The notes: generated by a model not told the origin, from the sequence alone. A DNA stretch of 64,000 nucleotides from the human T2T-CHM13v2.0 reference genome, Homo sapiens (GCF_009914755.1 NC_060929.1), one strand, 5' to 3'. Positions 15,203-29,082 are shown, counted from the stretch's first letter. Translations and numbers: made by a program.

Positions 15203-16537
15203 ATTTCATGGAGCTGAAAAATGGATCTGAAGGTGGCACTGGAGATGATTAACCTCTCAAATAGACACATAAATTAACTGGTTACTTTTGTAAGTAAAAA
15301 GAAAATCAAATGAAGCATGGGAAAACAAAGCAGAAAAGCAAGAGTTAAGAGAACCCTCTTCTAGGAGGAGCACAATAGGGCATCCACCACTGTCAGAGAA
15401 GCCAGCTGACCCTTGGCTTCCTGGGTCACCAGATGGGTGCTGTCAGCAGTGACCTTACCTCCAGGACCAGGAATGGCCCAGGAAGAAAAGGTTACATGGA
15501 GACAGGAAGGGAAGAGAAGAACTAGGAGCTTTGGTTCCCTCTTGGCTGTCACTTATGAAGTACACTCAAGTTCATTTTCCTTGTCCCCTTGGCCTGGGGG
15601 TAATGTCCTGATCAAGGCCTGAGGGGATAGTTCTGTGGGGCCTTTTCAGGGTCAGAAAACTCACATGCCAGCAACTTTGTTTGCATCAGCAAACCCACCT
15701 GCATCATGCAAGCACTTGACTGGCCACTGACTCCCAACACAAAGCAGATATCAAGATATGAAGAGGGAACACACAGGGCTTCTGAACTGGTAGGGCTTTG
15801 TCTTGATGATCTGGGTAAAGGACAAGAATGGGTGGCATACGGTATGCCAAGAGTGAACAACAGCAGCCACCAAATAGATCTGGCTTTGTGCTGGCTTGAG
15901 CCACGTGGGCTCCCAGAGGAGACACTCACTGAGGTCTGTGAAGGCCTTGCTGCACACCTGCCTGAGAGAGCCAAAGAGCTGTGTGTGTTGGACTGTGGCT
16001 TTTTGAAATATGTTTGGCTGGGAGATGGGAAGACCTGGGATCCTGTAGACCAGTGAAGGGGAGGTGGGATCAGGACAGACTCCACTTGGAGCTGAGTCCT
16101 AGAAACTGCTCTTCTGTTTTTTTTGTGTACACAACATCAATGAATGCCATGCATAGCCTAGAGTATGGAATAAATCTCTCCTAATAAATATATGGTTGCC
16201 TGATTAGGTTAGTCATTATGCTAAACATTTGTTTAGGCAATGCTTACCAGCTAGAAATATTAACAAATAAGGAAAAACCAAGTTTTTCTTAAAGAACTAG
16301 GCACTTTCACATACACTATATCCAACGCACCCCAGGAGGCTCCATGGCTTCTGCCTCCTCATTTGAAGAAACCAGCTTGTACTGCCTATCAACAGATTTG
16401 CAAAATTGAATGTTGTGATATAATTCTCCCTTGAGGAAAGGGCTAAATCAAGGTCATAACAATTATCGAAGATATAAAGAACTGTAATTTAAAAGACAGT
16501 ATCACCATATATGCATCAGAAAAAGAGACTACAAATT

Positions 16538-16558
16538 ACACACACACACACACACACA
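16538..16558. repeat. (CA)n microsatellite
   Basis: Directly visible. Confidence 0.9.
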
Positions 16559-17353
16559 TACCCCAAAATATGACAAAAGCCATTCCTGGGTGCTAACAGT
16601 AAAGATGATTTTTGTTTTCTTCTTTATGTTTTTCTATTTTTTCCTAATTTTCTACAAGGAGCATGTATTATTTGTATAATCAGAGAAATTATTATTCTGA
16701 CAAAATCAATTTTAAAATGCTATATATACCTCTTGCTGCAACCTAGGAGGCAATACCCTGAGTTACTGGCTAAAGTTCCTCACTCAAGTCTCCCTCTAGG
16801 AAAATAGGGCTTTTCCATTTTGGATTCTATTTGAAAATTTCTCAGTAGGGACCAACAGCTGACCTTAAGTTTCAAAATTGTACCCATGAGAGAGGTGACC
16901 GCTAAGGAATCAGGCTTCCTTCCGATCGCTTATTATGCACAGAACATTCTTCTTCATCTGGCCCTCACTTTTTCATGTTTTCTGTCAACAGACTCTTAGT
17001 TATAGTAAAACAGATCTACATTTGCATACCAGCTCCACAATTTGCTAACCATGGGATCTTAGCCAAGTCATTTAAAATCCTTGTGCCTCAGTCTGTTCAT
17101 CTAAACTGATAGGTTTATTATGAGTATGAAATGAAATAATGCATGTAAGCTCATGTTAGCGCAAGCAATAAAAGTTGGCTATTATCATTATCCTATTGGC
17201 TTCCCCCAAACATCTTTTCCAATTCTCATGCAGAGAACATTTTCCCGACTTAGCTAGGCTCTGTAATCTCAAGGCTTGTAGTGAGAACTGTGGCCTTCCA
17301 GAATGTCCCCAGGAGCCCTAAAACAAAAAAGGAAAGCCTTAAAACATGCTTAC

Positions 17354-17489
17354 CTGCTGGCCCGTGGCTGGCTTCCCTGCAGAAGTGGCAAAGCCCTTCT
17401 TTGAGCAGTGAACTCACTCACTAAGGAATCCCCCAAGAGTCTGGCCAGCCGGCCCCACTGCCTGGTTGCCTCACTGAGTTGGTGCTCTC
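17354..17489 (-). other. FGF1: Probable non-coding alternative first exon -1C of FGF1
   Basis: Strong minus-strand donor CAG|GTAAGC (GT at 17353-17352), no AUG, promoter motifs immediately upstream, about 42 kb downstream of exon -1B as expected from the known exon order. 5' end uncertain. Confidence 0.7.
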
Positions 17490-17720
17490 TTTAAGCTGTT
17501 CCTTTTGTTTTCTCTGACTCAGAATATCTTAGGTCATTTTGAGACAGCCTTCTCCTCCACACCTTCCCTAATTCTACCTGCTGTTCTGGAAATTTGTCAT
17601 CATTTTTGACGGCCCGGCATCTGAATCCCCACCCCATGTATTTGAAAGTTACACCCGCCCCCTCATTCCCCACCACACACATACACACGTACATCTTGGT
17701 CTGGCTGGACCATTCCTGCA
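17489..17720 (-). promoter_or_regulatory. FGF1: Probable FGF1 1C promoter
   Basis: AP-1 TGACTCA 17515-17521, Sp/KLF box CCCGCCCCC 17654-17662, CATTCC at 17664-17669 and 17711-17716, weak TATA-like CTTAAAG 17489-17495. Confidence 0.6.
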
Positions 17721-18659
17721 GTGTGATTTGGGGCCACCACACCTTCCCAGTGACTCTGGGAGCAACCCCAGGTTCTCTGAACTCTCCTTCTAGAGTCAAT
17801 TTTGGTTGCTTACAATTAAGAAACCAAGCCAGCTCCTCCTCATCCTTCATACCTACCTTAGTATAAATCCTCTGGCTGTTGGTTTCCAAAACTCCCTGAG
17901 CATGCATGTCATATGATTTAGCATATTCTGTCATGATATTTTACTATAATTGTCTGTTTATCCCCACACCCCCAGACTGTTAGCTCCCTGAGGACAAGGA
18001 CTAAAGCTGTTTAGCTTGTGATAGTCTCTCCATCATGGGCAGAGTGCATGGCACATAGTAGACCCTCAGCAAATGCCAAATGAATGAACAAGCAACAAAA
18101 CCTTAGCACACATGAGAGGACCAGAAACAAGCACGGTAGCTCCACTTGGAGAACCAGTTAACTCGCCAGCTTTCTGATATTCTGGCACCACTCCTAGTCG
18201 GATTCCAGGGGAAATCAGATTTCTTTTAGGCTTTGGCAAGGAAGAAGATCTTCCAGCAGCATCCTGAGTGGGAGGGTGCATTGTGGGCAGCGTCTTGAAA
18301 TGGGTGAGTAATCCCCCAGGCAGCTCTTAGCTTTAAAACCCTGGCTTGTAATGCAGTCATCTCCTGAAGCTCCCAGCTTAAAATGGAAAGTGGCATTACT
18401 CATGGTGAAGGGCAGGCAATAAAAAAACATTTAGGTGGGGCCAGCACAATGGAGTGAGTATTCCCTGATGGCGGATGAGAACGTCTCCACTCTGAGCACT
18501 CACAGCCCTGGCAGACGGCTCAGTCATAGCAGGGCTTTTGAGCTACACCTCCGAGTTAGCTCATCACACGGCACCTCACTCTTTGGGGTGCTGGGAGACA
18601 TCGCATTCCTCAGCCTACAGCAGGCGTGGTGGGAAGAAATGCCCCTGAGTCAATATTGG

Positions 18660-19450
<791 letters not shown>

Positions 19451-20033
19451 TTTTTTTTTTTTTTTTTTTTTTTTTGGAGACAGAGTTTCACTCTGTCACC
19501 CAGGCTGGAGTGCAGTGGTGCAATTTCAGCTCACTGCAACCTCTGCTGCCTCAGCCTCCGAAGTAGCTGGGATTACAGGTGCCTGCCACCGTGCCCAGCT
19601 AATTTTTTTTTGAGAGGAGACTTGCTCTGTCCCCCAGACTGGAGTGCAGTGGCGCGCAATCTCGGCTCACTGCAAATTCCACCTCCTAGGTTCAAGCAAT
19701 TTTCCTGCCTCAGCCTCCCGAGTAGCTGGGATTACAGGCCTGTGCCACCACGCCCGGCTACTTTTTGTGTTTTTAGTAGAGGCGGGGTTTCGCCATGTTG
19801 GTCAGGCTAGTCTCAAACGCCTGACCTCATGCTCTGCCCGCCTTGGCCTCCCAAAGTGCTGGGATTACAGGCGTGAGCCACTGCGCCTGGCCCCGGCTAA
19901 TTTTTTATAGTTTTTAGTAGAGACGAGGTTTCACCATCTTGGCCTGGCTGGTCTTGAACTCCTGACCTCGTGATCTACCTGCCTTGGCCTCCCAAAGTGC
20001 TAGGATTACAGGTGTGAGCCACTGCGCCCGGCC
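19451..20033 (-). mobile_element. AluS with a second AluS (19603-19892) nested in its A-rich linker
   Basis: Right arm, full Alu, left arm; TSD ccagctaatttttt / ccggctaatttttt. Confidence 0.88.
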
Positions 20034-20329
20034 TTTTCTCTCCTTTTCTATGTGTCTGTGAACCTGTGTGCTAAGACCTCACCACCTGATGTCTGACCCT
20101 GTCATCGTTTCTTCCCCACTTCAGAATCTGGGACCTGGCCCACTGTGAAGCAAAATGTATTAGGATAAATCAATCGGAGTTGAAGGAAGCCTCATGGACA
20201 GATTGGGCATAAGGTCATAAAACGATCAGGGCTCAACACCAGTTTTCAGCACCCAATACCAGTTTCCAGGGCCCCAGTATAATGTACACGCACCCACAGA
20301 AAGAAAAGTGGTGAAGAGAGGGAGGGGAA

Positions 20330-20820
20330 GGGTGGCAGAGTATGCAACCTCCAAATAAGCCAATTTGGCATATCGATTATTTTTAGTTGAAGACAATTGA
20401 GAAGAAGCAGATAAGGCTCTCTGCCATTTCTCATTTGCTTAAAAGCAGAGCATAAATTTGTGAAGTTGCCCCCTCACCACCAGGAAAGACTGAAGTTAAC
20501 CACTGGAACAAACCTTACCAACTAGCCCTCCTCTCTGTTCATTTCTCCCATATGTTTACTTTCAAAATTTGCTGCTCTAGAAACTTGAAGTCCTTTTCCT
20601 TTGTCTTGTCACTTCTCTAAAAATCTTTCGCCCTTCTGTTGAGCTGCTATATAAACCCAAGTTCTCACCACCGCGTTGAGGTAGTCAGTACTGCGTGCTC
20701 CCATGTGCACACACAATGCACATGTTCATAAACTTGTAGTTCTCCTCTTAATTTGTCTTTTGTCAGTCTAATTTAAAGGGCCTCACCAATGGGCCTAAGA
20801 TGGTAGACCACTCCACTCCT
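20330..20820 (+). mobile_element. MER34/MER39-like ERV1 solo LTR
   Basis: agagtatgcaacctccaaataagccaatttggcata...gattattttt start; internal TATA gctatataaa; subfamily uncertain. Confidence 0.6.
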
Positions 20821-20824
20821 ACCT

Positions 20825-21410
20825 GTTTAGATGGGACCCAAATCTAAATACTAAATTCATTTATGTTTCATATACACTTTATATACCTAGTCTGAAGGTA
20901 GTTTTATACAATACTTATAATAATTTTATGCATGAAACAAAGTTTTGACTGCATTTTGACTTTGACCTGTCACATGAGGTCAGGTGTAGAATATTCCACA
21001 TGTGGCATCATGTCAGTGCTTAAAAATTTTGGATTTTGGGTTGGGCACGGTGGGTGGGATCAAGCCTGTAATCCCAGCACTTTGGGAGACTGAGGTGGGC
21101 AGATCACTTGAGGTCAGGAGTTCGAGACTAGCCTGGCCAACATGGTGAAACTCCATCTATACTAAAAGTACAAAAGATTAGCTGGGCGTGGTGGTGCGCA
21201 CCTGTAATCCCAGCTACTTGCGAGGCTGAAGCAGGAGAATCACTTGAACCCAGGAGGTGGAGGTTGCAGTGAGCCTAGATCGTGCCACTGCATTCCAGTC
21301 TGGGTGACAGAGTGAGACTCTATCTCAAAACAACAACAACAACAACAAAACTTGGATTTTGGAGCATTTTGGACTTAACGATTTTTTGGATCAAAGATTC
21401 TCAGCTTGTA
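20825..21410. mobile_element. Tigger4/MER46 fragment interrupted by AluS (21039-21349, +)
   Basis: gatgggacccaaatctaaa...tgtggcatcatgtcagtgct...ggattttggagcatttt; Alu TSD aaaa(t/c)ttggatttt. Confidence 0.75.
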
Positions 21411-21440
21411 CTGTGTTCACACCAAGAGAACAAGTGTCTT

Positions 21441-21954
21441 CACACACACGTATGTTTATTGCAGCACTGTTCACAATAGCAAAGACTTGGAACCAACCCA
21501 ATATCCACCAGTGATAGACTGGATAAAAAAAAATGTGGCACATATACACCATGGAATACTATGCAGCCATAAAAAAGGATGAGTTCATGTCCTTTGCAGG
21601 GACATGGATGAAGCTGGAAACCATCATTCTCAGCAAACTAGCACAAGAACAGAAAACCAAACACTGCATGTTCTCACTCATAAGTGGGAGTTGAACAATG
21701 AGAACACATGGACACAGGGAGGGGATCATCACACACTGGGGCCTGTCGGGGGTTGGGGGGCTAGGGGAGGGATAGCATTAGGAGAAATACCTAATGTAGA
21801 TGACAGGTTGATGGGTGCAGCAAACCACCATGGCATGTGTATACCTATGTAACAAACCTGCATGTTCTGTACATGTATCCCAGAACTTAAAGTATAATAA
21901 TAAAAAAAAAGTGATTTGTCCCCCACCAACCAAAAAAAAAAAAAAAAAAAAAAA
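21441..21954 (+). mobile_element. 5'-truncated L1PA 3' end
   Basis: L1PA 3'UTR (gggagggatagcattaggagaaatacctaatg); TSD agaacaagtgtctt at 21427-21440 and 21955-21968. Confidence 0.95.
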
Positions 21955-22654
21955 AGAACAAGTGTCTTGAGGAGGAATGGAGAGAAGCTTTTCTCAAATG
22001 AGAGACCTGAGAATGTTTGTCACTGGAGAATAAGCCTGCAGGGAAAGGGACTGAACGGTTTGAAGATGGGGAGAGAATTTAATCGATAGGACCAGGCCCT
22101 GGAAGAGGTCGGAGAGAATCAGATGAAGAATATGGATGAGATGTATGTGCTTATTAATGCATGGGCAGGCCTAGACCTAGACAGATCCAGGAAAACAATA
22201 GCAGGACGGCCGAGAGAGGAAACAAGGCGACCAGGGGCGAAGGGACTACTTTTATTTTTAATTTAAGAAAAACAAAAAGGAAAATAAGAAACACCTGTGT
22301 GCACTTTACTCTGATTTAACAAATGTTCATGTTTTCTGGAATTTACCTCAGATCTTTATTTATATAAAAGAAATAAAATGTTAGAAAGTTGTGATCGCTC
22401 TTGATTCCCTTTTTCATAACATTTCTATCCCCCTTCCTTGAGGCAACTGCTCTGATGAATTGTGTGTGTGTGACACACATCAACAGCTTGCTCCAGATGG
22501 ATGGTTCTGCAATTTGCCTTCATTTGTTCAATATTATTTCTGGGATTATTCACTTTCATACATTATTTATATTTATTATCACTACTATAAGTACATTCTC
22601 ATCTTGCAAATAGCCTACCTTGCATTTATGTATAATCTCTAGGGGTGGACATTG

Positions 22655-22948
22655 TTTTTTTTTTTTGAGACGGAGTCTCGCTTTGTCGCCCAGGCTGGAG
22701 TGCAGTGGCGCGATCTCTGCTCACTGCAAGCTCTGCCTCCCGGGTTCACGCCATTCTCCTGCCTCAGCCTCCTGAGTAGCTGGGACTACAGGTGCCTGCC
22801 ACCACGCCCGGCTAATTTTTTTGTATTTTTAGTAGAGATGGGGTTTCTCCATGTTAGCCAGGATGGTCTCAATCTCCTGACCTCATGATCCGCCCACCTC
22901 AGCCTCCCAAAGTGCTGGGATTACAGGTGTGAGCCACCACGCCCGGCC
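22655..22948 (-). mobile_element. AluY
   Basis: Full Alu; TSD ggacatt. Confidence 0.92.
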
Positions 22949-23127
22949 GGACATTTTGTTTTTAATTTTTCACTATTACCAAAACTGCTGCCATGATCAT
23001 CTTTATCCATGGGGAGAGATGCTTTTTACTGTCTACTCTTTTAAACTTTCTGACTTTTGTTTTACCGTATACACTTTTAACAGTTCTCTTAAGTAAGAAA
23101 AAAACAATTTTCTTTAAAAACCCACAG

Positions 23128-23374
23128 ATTGGTGTTTGCCAAAGTATGACCCAAGGAACAACAAAATCAGAATTACATGAGACATTTGATCACATCTTGG
23201 CCTTTTGGCTAAGATCAAGTGTAGTCCATGGGACATTTGTTTTTAAAATGCAGATTCCTGGGCCCCACCTCAGCTCTAGTGAATCAGAATCTTCATGGGT
23301 CAGGCCTGGGAATCTACATTGCAATAAACATCCCCAGGTGATTTTTAGGCATCTTCCAGTTTGGGAGGCACTGG
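23128..23374. mobile_element. MER5A-like hAT-Charlie DNA transposon interrupted by the U2 fragment
   Basis: aaaatgcagattcctgggccccacc...gaatcagaatc...ccccaggtgatt...cactg resembles the MER5A consensus. Confidence 0.75.
23189..23225 (+). pseudogene. 3'-truncated U2 snRNA retropseudogene
   Basis: ATCACATCTTGGCCTTTTGGCTAAGATCAAGTGTAGT matches U2 nt 1-37 with 3 differences, two at CpGs. Flanked by TSD catgagacatttg / catgggacatttg. Confidence 0.93.
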
Positions 23375-23898
23375 ATAGACAGATGTTTCCTCTGAGAAGG
23401 AGAAGGGGAAAGTGGAGTAAGGGCGTGCAGGGGGAGGGATGGAGATGACATTGACTGACTGCTCTTCTATGCCAGGCACCATGCTAGGGCGTGACATTTG
23501 TGTTACTCATTCTCCTTTAAAGAAGAGAGAGGGAATCCATGACATTTATCAAGATAACATTGCAAAAGGTTCAGAAAGACAGTCAAGGTGAACATGGTAG
23601 TTTAAAACGAGGTCTGTGAATTCTGATAACCTGGCCTCACCACTCACTTAGTGGCTGTGTGCCCTTGGGAAGTTATGTAGCCTCTCTGAGCTTCAGTTTC
23701 CTCATCGGCAGAAGGGTAGTAATTACAGTACTTACCTCCTAGGAATTTTAAGAAGATCAAATGATTTAAGGCTTCAGTAACCTGCTTAACCCAGAACCTA
23801 AACTTCTTAAGTGGCCAATAAATGATGATGGCAGGGAGAATGATGCTCATGACTGTTATTGTTTGACCCCTTTATAATCAATGCATATACACTTTATA

Positions 23899-23930
23899 TG
23901 TGTGTGTGTGTATATATACACACACACACA
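23899..23930. repeat. (TG)6(TA)4(CA)6 perfect 32-bp palindrome
   Basis: Directly visible. Confidence 0.9.
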
Positions 23931-24574
23931 CACTATGTATACTGTGGTCTCATTATTTGAAACTATAGCAGTAGTTAAAGTAGCTGGATATTGCTGTAGT
24001 ATTAATTGATAGAAATCCGAAACATGCAGTCCCCATTACTCTATTATTCTCACAGGAAAATACGAGCAACAGTCTTAAGCAGCTGGTTCCAGAAATGCAT
24101 TCAGGAGGGACATGGAGATTTCCTATGGTGGGGTGGGGAGCAAGTCAGAAGGGTGAACATTTTAAAATTTAAGTAAAAATATATAGTTTAACACTCATAC
24201 TCATTCCTAGCGTGCACACAGCCCAAATCAACACCCACTGAGAGCCAAGTGTGTTAATGGGAGGGTGGTGCAAACGCAGCTTCAATGTCTCCTCCCTATT
24301 CGTGCTTTTGCTCAGAGAGAGGTGAAGGAAGGCGGCTGCGAGGGCTGGGGATCCTGCCTGAGTACCGAGAAGGGTGCAGTGATAACCCAGGGGCACCTGG
24401 TATCTTTCCTCCCTGGGTCTCCACCTCCTTCTTTTGGGTAACCTTCATCACCCACGGGAGCCTGAACCCACCACGACTTGCCTAGGAAAGTGGGCAAGAC
24501 CCCTGGCTCTGAGTTCAGATTTGAATCTCATCTCTGCCTCTTAGGAGCTGGGTTGCTTAACCTTTTTACCTTTT

Positions 24575-25112
24575 TATTTGAAATTCATAGTCTTTATTGT
24601 TTGAGTAGTTTCAGGTTCCAGCAAAACCGAGCAGAAAGGACAGAGAATTCCTCTTCCCCAGTCCCACCCCTAAACAGCACTCCCCACCAACCACACTGGT
24701 CCATTTGTTACAATCAATGAAGCTATGTGACACATCATTATCACCCAGGGTCCATAGTTTATTTTAGGGTTCACTCTTGTGTTATACCTTCTATGGGTTT
24801 TGACAAGTGTATAGTGACGTATATCTACCATTATCGTTTCCTACAGTGTAGTTTCACTGTCTTAAAAATCCTTCATGTTCTACCAATCCATCCTTCCCTC
24901 CCTCCTAACTCCTGAAAACCACTGATATTTTTACTGCCTCCATAGTTTTGCCTTTTCCAGAATGTCTTATAGTGGACATCATGCAGAACATAGTCTTTTC
25001 AGATTGTCTTCTTTCATTTAGTAATATGCCTTTAAAATTCCTCCATATATTTTTTGTGTCTTGGTAGCTCATTTTTTTTTTTTTTGTGCTGAATAATATT
25101 CCACCATGTGGA
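24575..25112 (-). mobile_element. L1MC-type 3' fragment
   Basis: gacacatcattatcaccc...agggttcactcttg...ttgccttttccagaatgtc. Confidence 0.75.
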
Positions 25113-27051
25113 CACTTAACCTCTTTCCAGCCTCAAATTTCTGGGCTGTAGTACAGGGGTAATAGGTGGCCTAATCTGAGAGAATTTGTAATAACGATAA
25201 ACATGAACGTTTATTAAGTGCTTCGTACCATGCGCTCTATTAAATGCCTCTTTCTGCACTGCCTCACATAGTCCTTTCTGAACGCTGCAATGGAGGAATT
25301 ATTAGCACTTCCATTTTCCAGACAAAGAGACTCAGACCCAGAGAAGTTAAATAATTGCTCAGGGCCACATGTCCAGGAAGGAATGGGTCTGGGATTTGAA
25401 CCCAGACATTCTGAAGCCAGGTCTTATTATTTGGGCTATAACCTCCTGGGAAGGTTCTTAACAGTGTTTGCACATAGTAAAAACATGTTGCCAAATGGTG
25501 CTTCTTCTTGTTAACGTTTTTGAAGTAGAGCCATTTAAATTGTAAGGTCGTAGTTCTTCTCTAATGGCTGAGGATGAAGAAACACAAGAGGCGCTGGGAC
25601 ATTCAGAAGTCACCTAGTGCTATGGGGCAGGTGAGTTTTAGAACTGGACCTAGAAGCCTTGGGTGATGGAGGCTCTGCACTGCTCTGAAGAGAGCGCTGA
25701 TTCATTACTTACTAGGCCCTTCCTGTGTAGGTCATCCCATTCAAGGCCCCTCACAAGGACCCTGTGAGCTAATTACCCTGAAGACCCCCTTTAGGAAACA
25801 GAAGGGCCCAGGAGCCCCATGGTGTTCTTTGCAGTCCCCTTGAATCTTCTCCCCACATTGCCTGTGCCCACCCCAGGCCACTACTCTCCATCTCAGCCCT
25901 GGGCCCACACGTGCAGCCTGGCACACATCACAGCACAGAAGCAGCCCAGTAGTGCTTGCGTCTGTCTGGGTCTGGCTGGAGGAGTGGGTGCCTCGGCGGT
26001 GGCCGCAGCCCTTCCTCATCACCTCGTCATAGTGCACACGTGTGTCCACGCCAGGCCCCGGGCGGGCAGGCTCATGCTGGGCACATCTGCTCACTCACTC
26101 CCTGTCCCCTCCACTTCCTTCTGCCCTGGATTTCCAGACAGAGTCAAAAATGGGTTCACATCAAATAAGATTTGTTTTCTTTCAGTGTCACTTTCCATTT
26201 ATAGACAGCCTTCTCTTGGGAGGCTCCATCCTCCTTCCTCTGTCTCGTTTTCTTCCCTGGGTATTTGGGGATAAACTCTTGGTGGCTGTTTTGAGCCCTG
26301 TGGTCGGCAGCCCAGCCAGTCATTCATGCAGAGCGTCTCCAGAAAGCCAGCGGTTACCTTTACAGGAGTTTATGCTCATTTCTGTGGCCTCTGAGACCTC
26401 TGTGGAGCTGTGCCCACATATCGAGTGTGAATTGTTAAAAAGACACATCCGACCTGAGCCAGCAGGGTCCTCCTCCACCAGCTCAACCTGGCGAGGATGA
26501 CGAGGGGGATAATTACAACAGTCACGGCAGCCGGTAGTTGCGGCACCCTCCTCTAAGTGCCTTACAAAAATGGACTCACTTATTCCTATGAGGTAGGTGC
26601 TGTTCTGATTCCTTCAGGCAGAAGAGGAAAGGAGCACATAGAAGTGAAGGCTGTGGTCCACCAGATGCTACATGGGGTCCAGCCCTGCTGACCTCTCCAG
26701 CCCGGCCTCCCAGTCTCCCCTTCTAGCTTTGTGCATTCGCCATACCAGCCTTGATTTGGCCCCTGGGATACGTCACGTGCCTTCCTGCCACAGTTCCTTT
26801 GCACACACTCTCCTCACTGCCTGGACCACTGTTCACTGCCCCCTACAGCGAATTAACCCTGACCCATCTTTCAGATCTCAGCTGTGACTTCTTCAGGGAT
26901 GTCCTCCTCTACCCCTCAGCTCTCATTGTGCTGCCTGCCTGTCTTCTACGACACCGGTTGGGGCTTAAATTCTACTTTTATTTTTGTATTTTCTGATTAA
27001 GTCAGGCTCTCCCTCCAGACCATGAGGGCAGAGGCTTGAAAGTTCCACCTT

Positions 27052-27370
<319 letters not shown>

Positions 27371-29082
27371 TCATTTACCATGCTGGACTGACATGATCTG
27401 TTTATTCATCTATCTCATCTTTTGGTCTGTGAATTTCCTGAGGGCAGCATCCAGGTCTTTTTCTAACACAGTGCTCAGCTCAATAAATATCTGGAGAGTT
27501 AAAATGCATTTAAGTGAACAGCATAATTTGGGAAAGGGCACATGAAATTTGGGGACTTTTGATGCAGCAAGCTCACAAAATACAATCCTTTTGTACCACC
27601 TTCTTGGAACTCAATGATTTTAGAGAGAACGTTAGCTTTAAGAAGGCAAGTTCACTTATAATGAACTGCTCGATAGTTCATTGAACTTTGGATAGTAGAA
27701 AGATTCTTACTTTTCCCAAAGAAATATCAAGCTGTGGTTATAAAGCCAAGATAAGTGAGGAAGAAAGGATGTCTGCCCCTTCGAGGTTCATCTGAAGTTT
27801 TAGCAAAAGTGGGGCATAAATAACTAGTGGAATCTTGGACATTGTGTTGCGATTTGATACCTTCCAGCCCTTGGCCTTGTGTCCTTTCCTTATCTGTCTT
27901 GGATGACATTGCCTGGCTCTTCCACCAGGGCTGCCATCTGCTGTCTTCGACTCCATGAATGTTGTGGCCTCGTTGGAAGGAAACACTCCCTCTTTAGGGT
28001 TGGCTCCTTCCAGGGGCCAATCTCCCTTTGCCTGGCGAGTGGGCCCCAGGCATTCACACGGGACTGAGAGAGAGAAAGAGGGAGAAGGGGCTTCTCTTCT
28101 ACCTGCAGGAGGAGCAGGCAGGGGAGAGCAGAGGGCTGCAGGCCTGTGGCTCACCCAGCAGGGTTGATGAAGATAGAGCCAGGTAACCGCAGGCTCCCAC
28201 ATCCAAACAGGGCCGGGCCTCAGCTCTGGCCCACCCCAGCTCCAAGGAAAACAGTCAGTTCTTTGGAAAAACTGTTTTCGTTTATGCTGCTTCCTCCTTC
28301 CTATCATAACAGATTACAAGCATGTTCCCTGGAGGACCGAATGGTGCCTTTCAAGAAGTTAGGAAGGAGCCATTGCTGAGTTGAGAGGATTAACTTGGTT
28401 CAACGTGGTAATAGCAGCACAGGATAGATTAACTGGGAATTTGAAAGAACATGATGGAGGCTTCGGTAACCCTTTATGACGCTTGTAAAATTCCAAGCAT
28501 TTTGCAATATTAACACTGCCTAGGTATCACACATAATAAGTGAAGCGGCCCTTCCCTCATCTCGTCCACCATTGAGACCTGCTCCCAGCACACTCCCCAC
28601 CACACCATAGGTACTCAGCAAATAGTTGTTAAATGAATACAAGAACTATGAGGCTGACCTAAGGTTCTGACAGCTTTCCAGAGTGGACAGAAAACGTCAA
28701 TCTCAGCCATACTTTGCTCACAGGCATTGGGTAATGACACATAGACCTGCTTGCTGTTCTCCTTTGGCTTCTAGATCTAGTTCTTGCTTATCCAAAATTA
28801 CTAATTCCCGACAGTTAACAAACGTAACTGCAATCCCAATAGCTTAACTCAGATCTAAGAAGGGTGTTTTTAAAAACTAGTCATCAAGAAATCCTTCTTA
28901 CAGAGGAGGCAGAGCCCAGAGTAACTTGAAAATATTGCACAAATATTGAGAAAGAACATCTTGGGGTTTCAGTGGCCACAGCAGAAGAAGCTGAAGGATG
29001 TGCTGATATTGGAACGGGAGAGCCAGAGCAGCTTTCCAAACACTGAAAACCCGACTTATCCTGTGGGCGGGAGCCAGGCTGG

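Noticed and set aside
15706-16056. 116-aa plus-strand ORF with protein-like composition
   Set aside because: No recognisable homology or exon structure, antisense within an intron, and a length expected by chance.
23727-23742. Perfect GAG|GTAAGT minus-strand donor (another at ~46215-46222)
   Set aside because: Both lie in the MIR core, which commonly yields this motif; no paired acceptor found.
27738-28307. 189-aa minus-strand ORF
   Set aside because: Low-complexity composition, no family resemblance or convincing splice sites.
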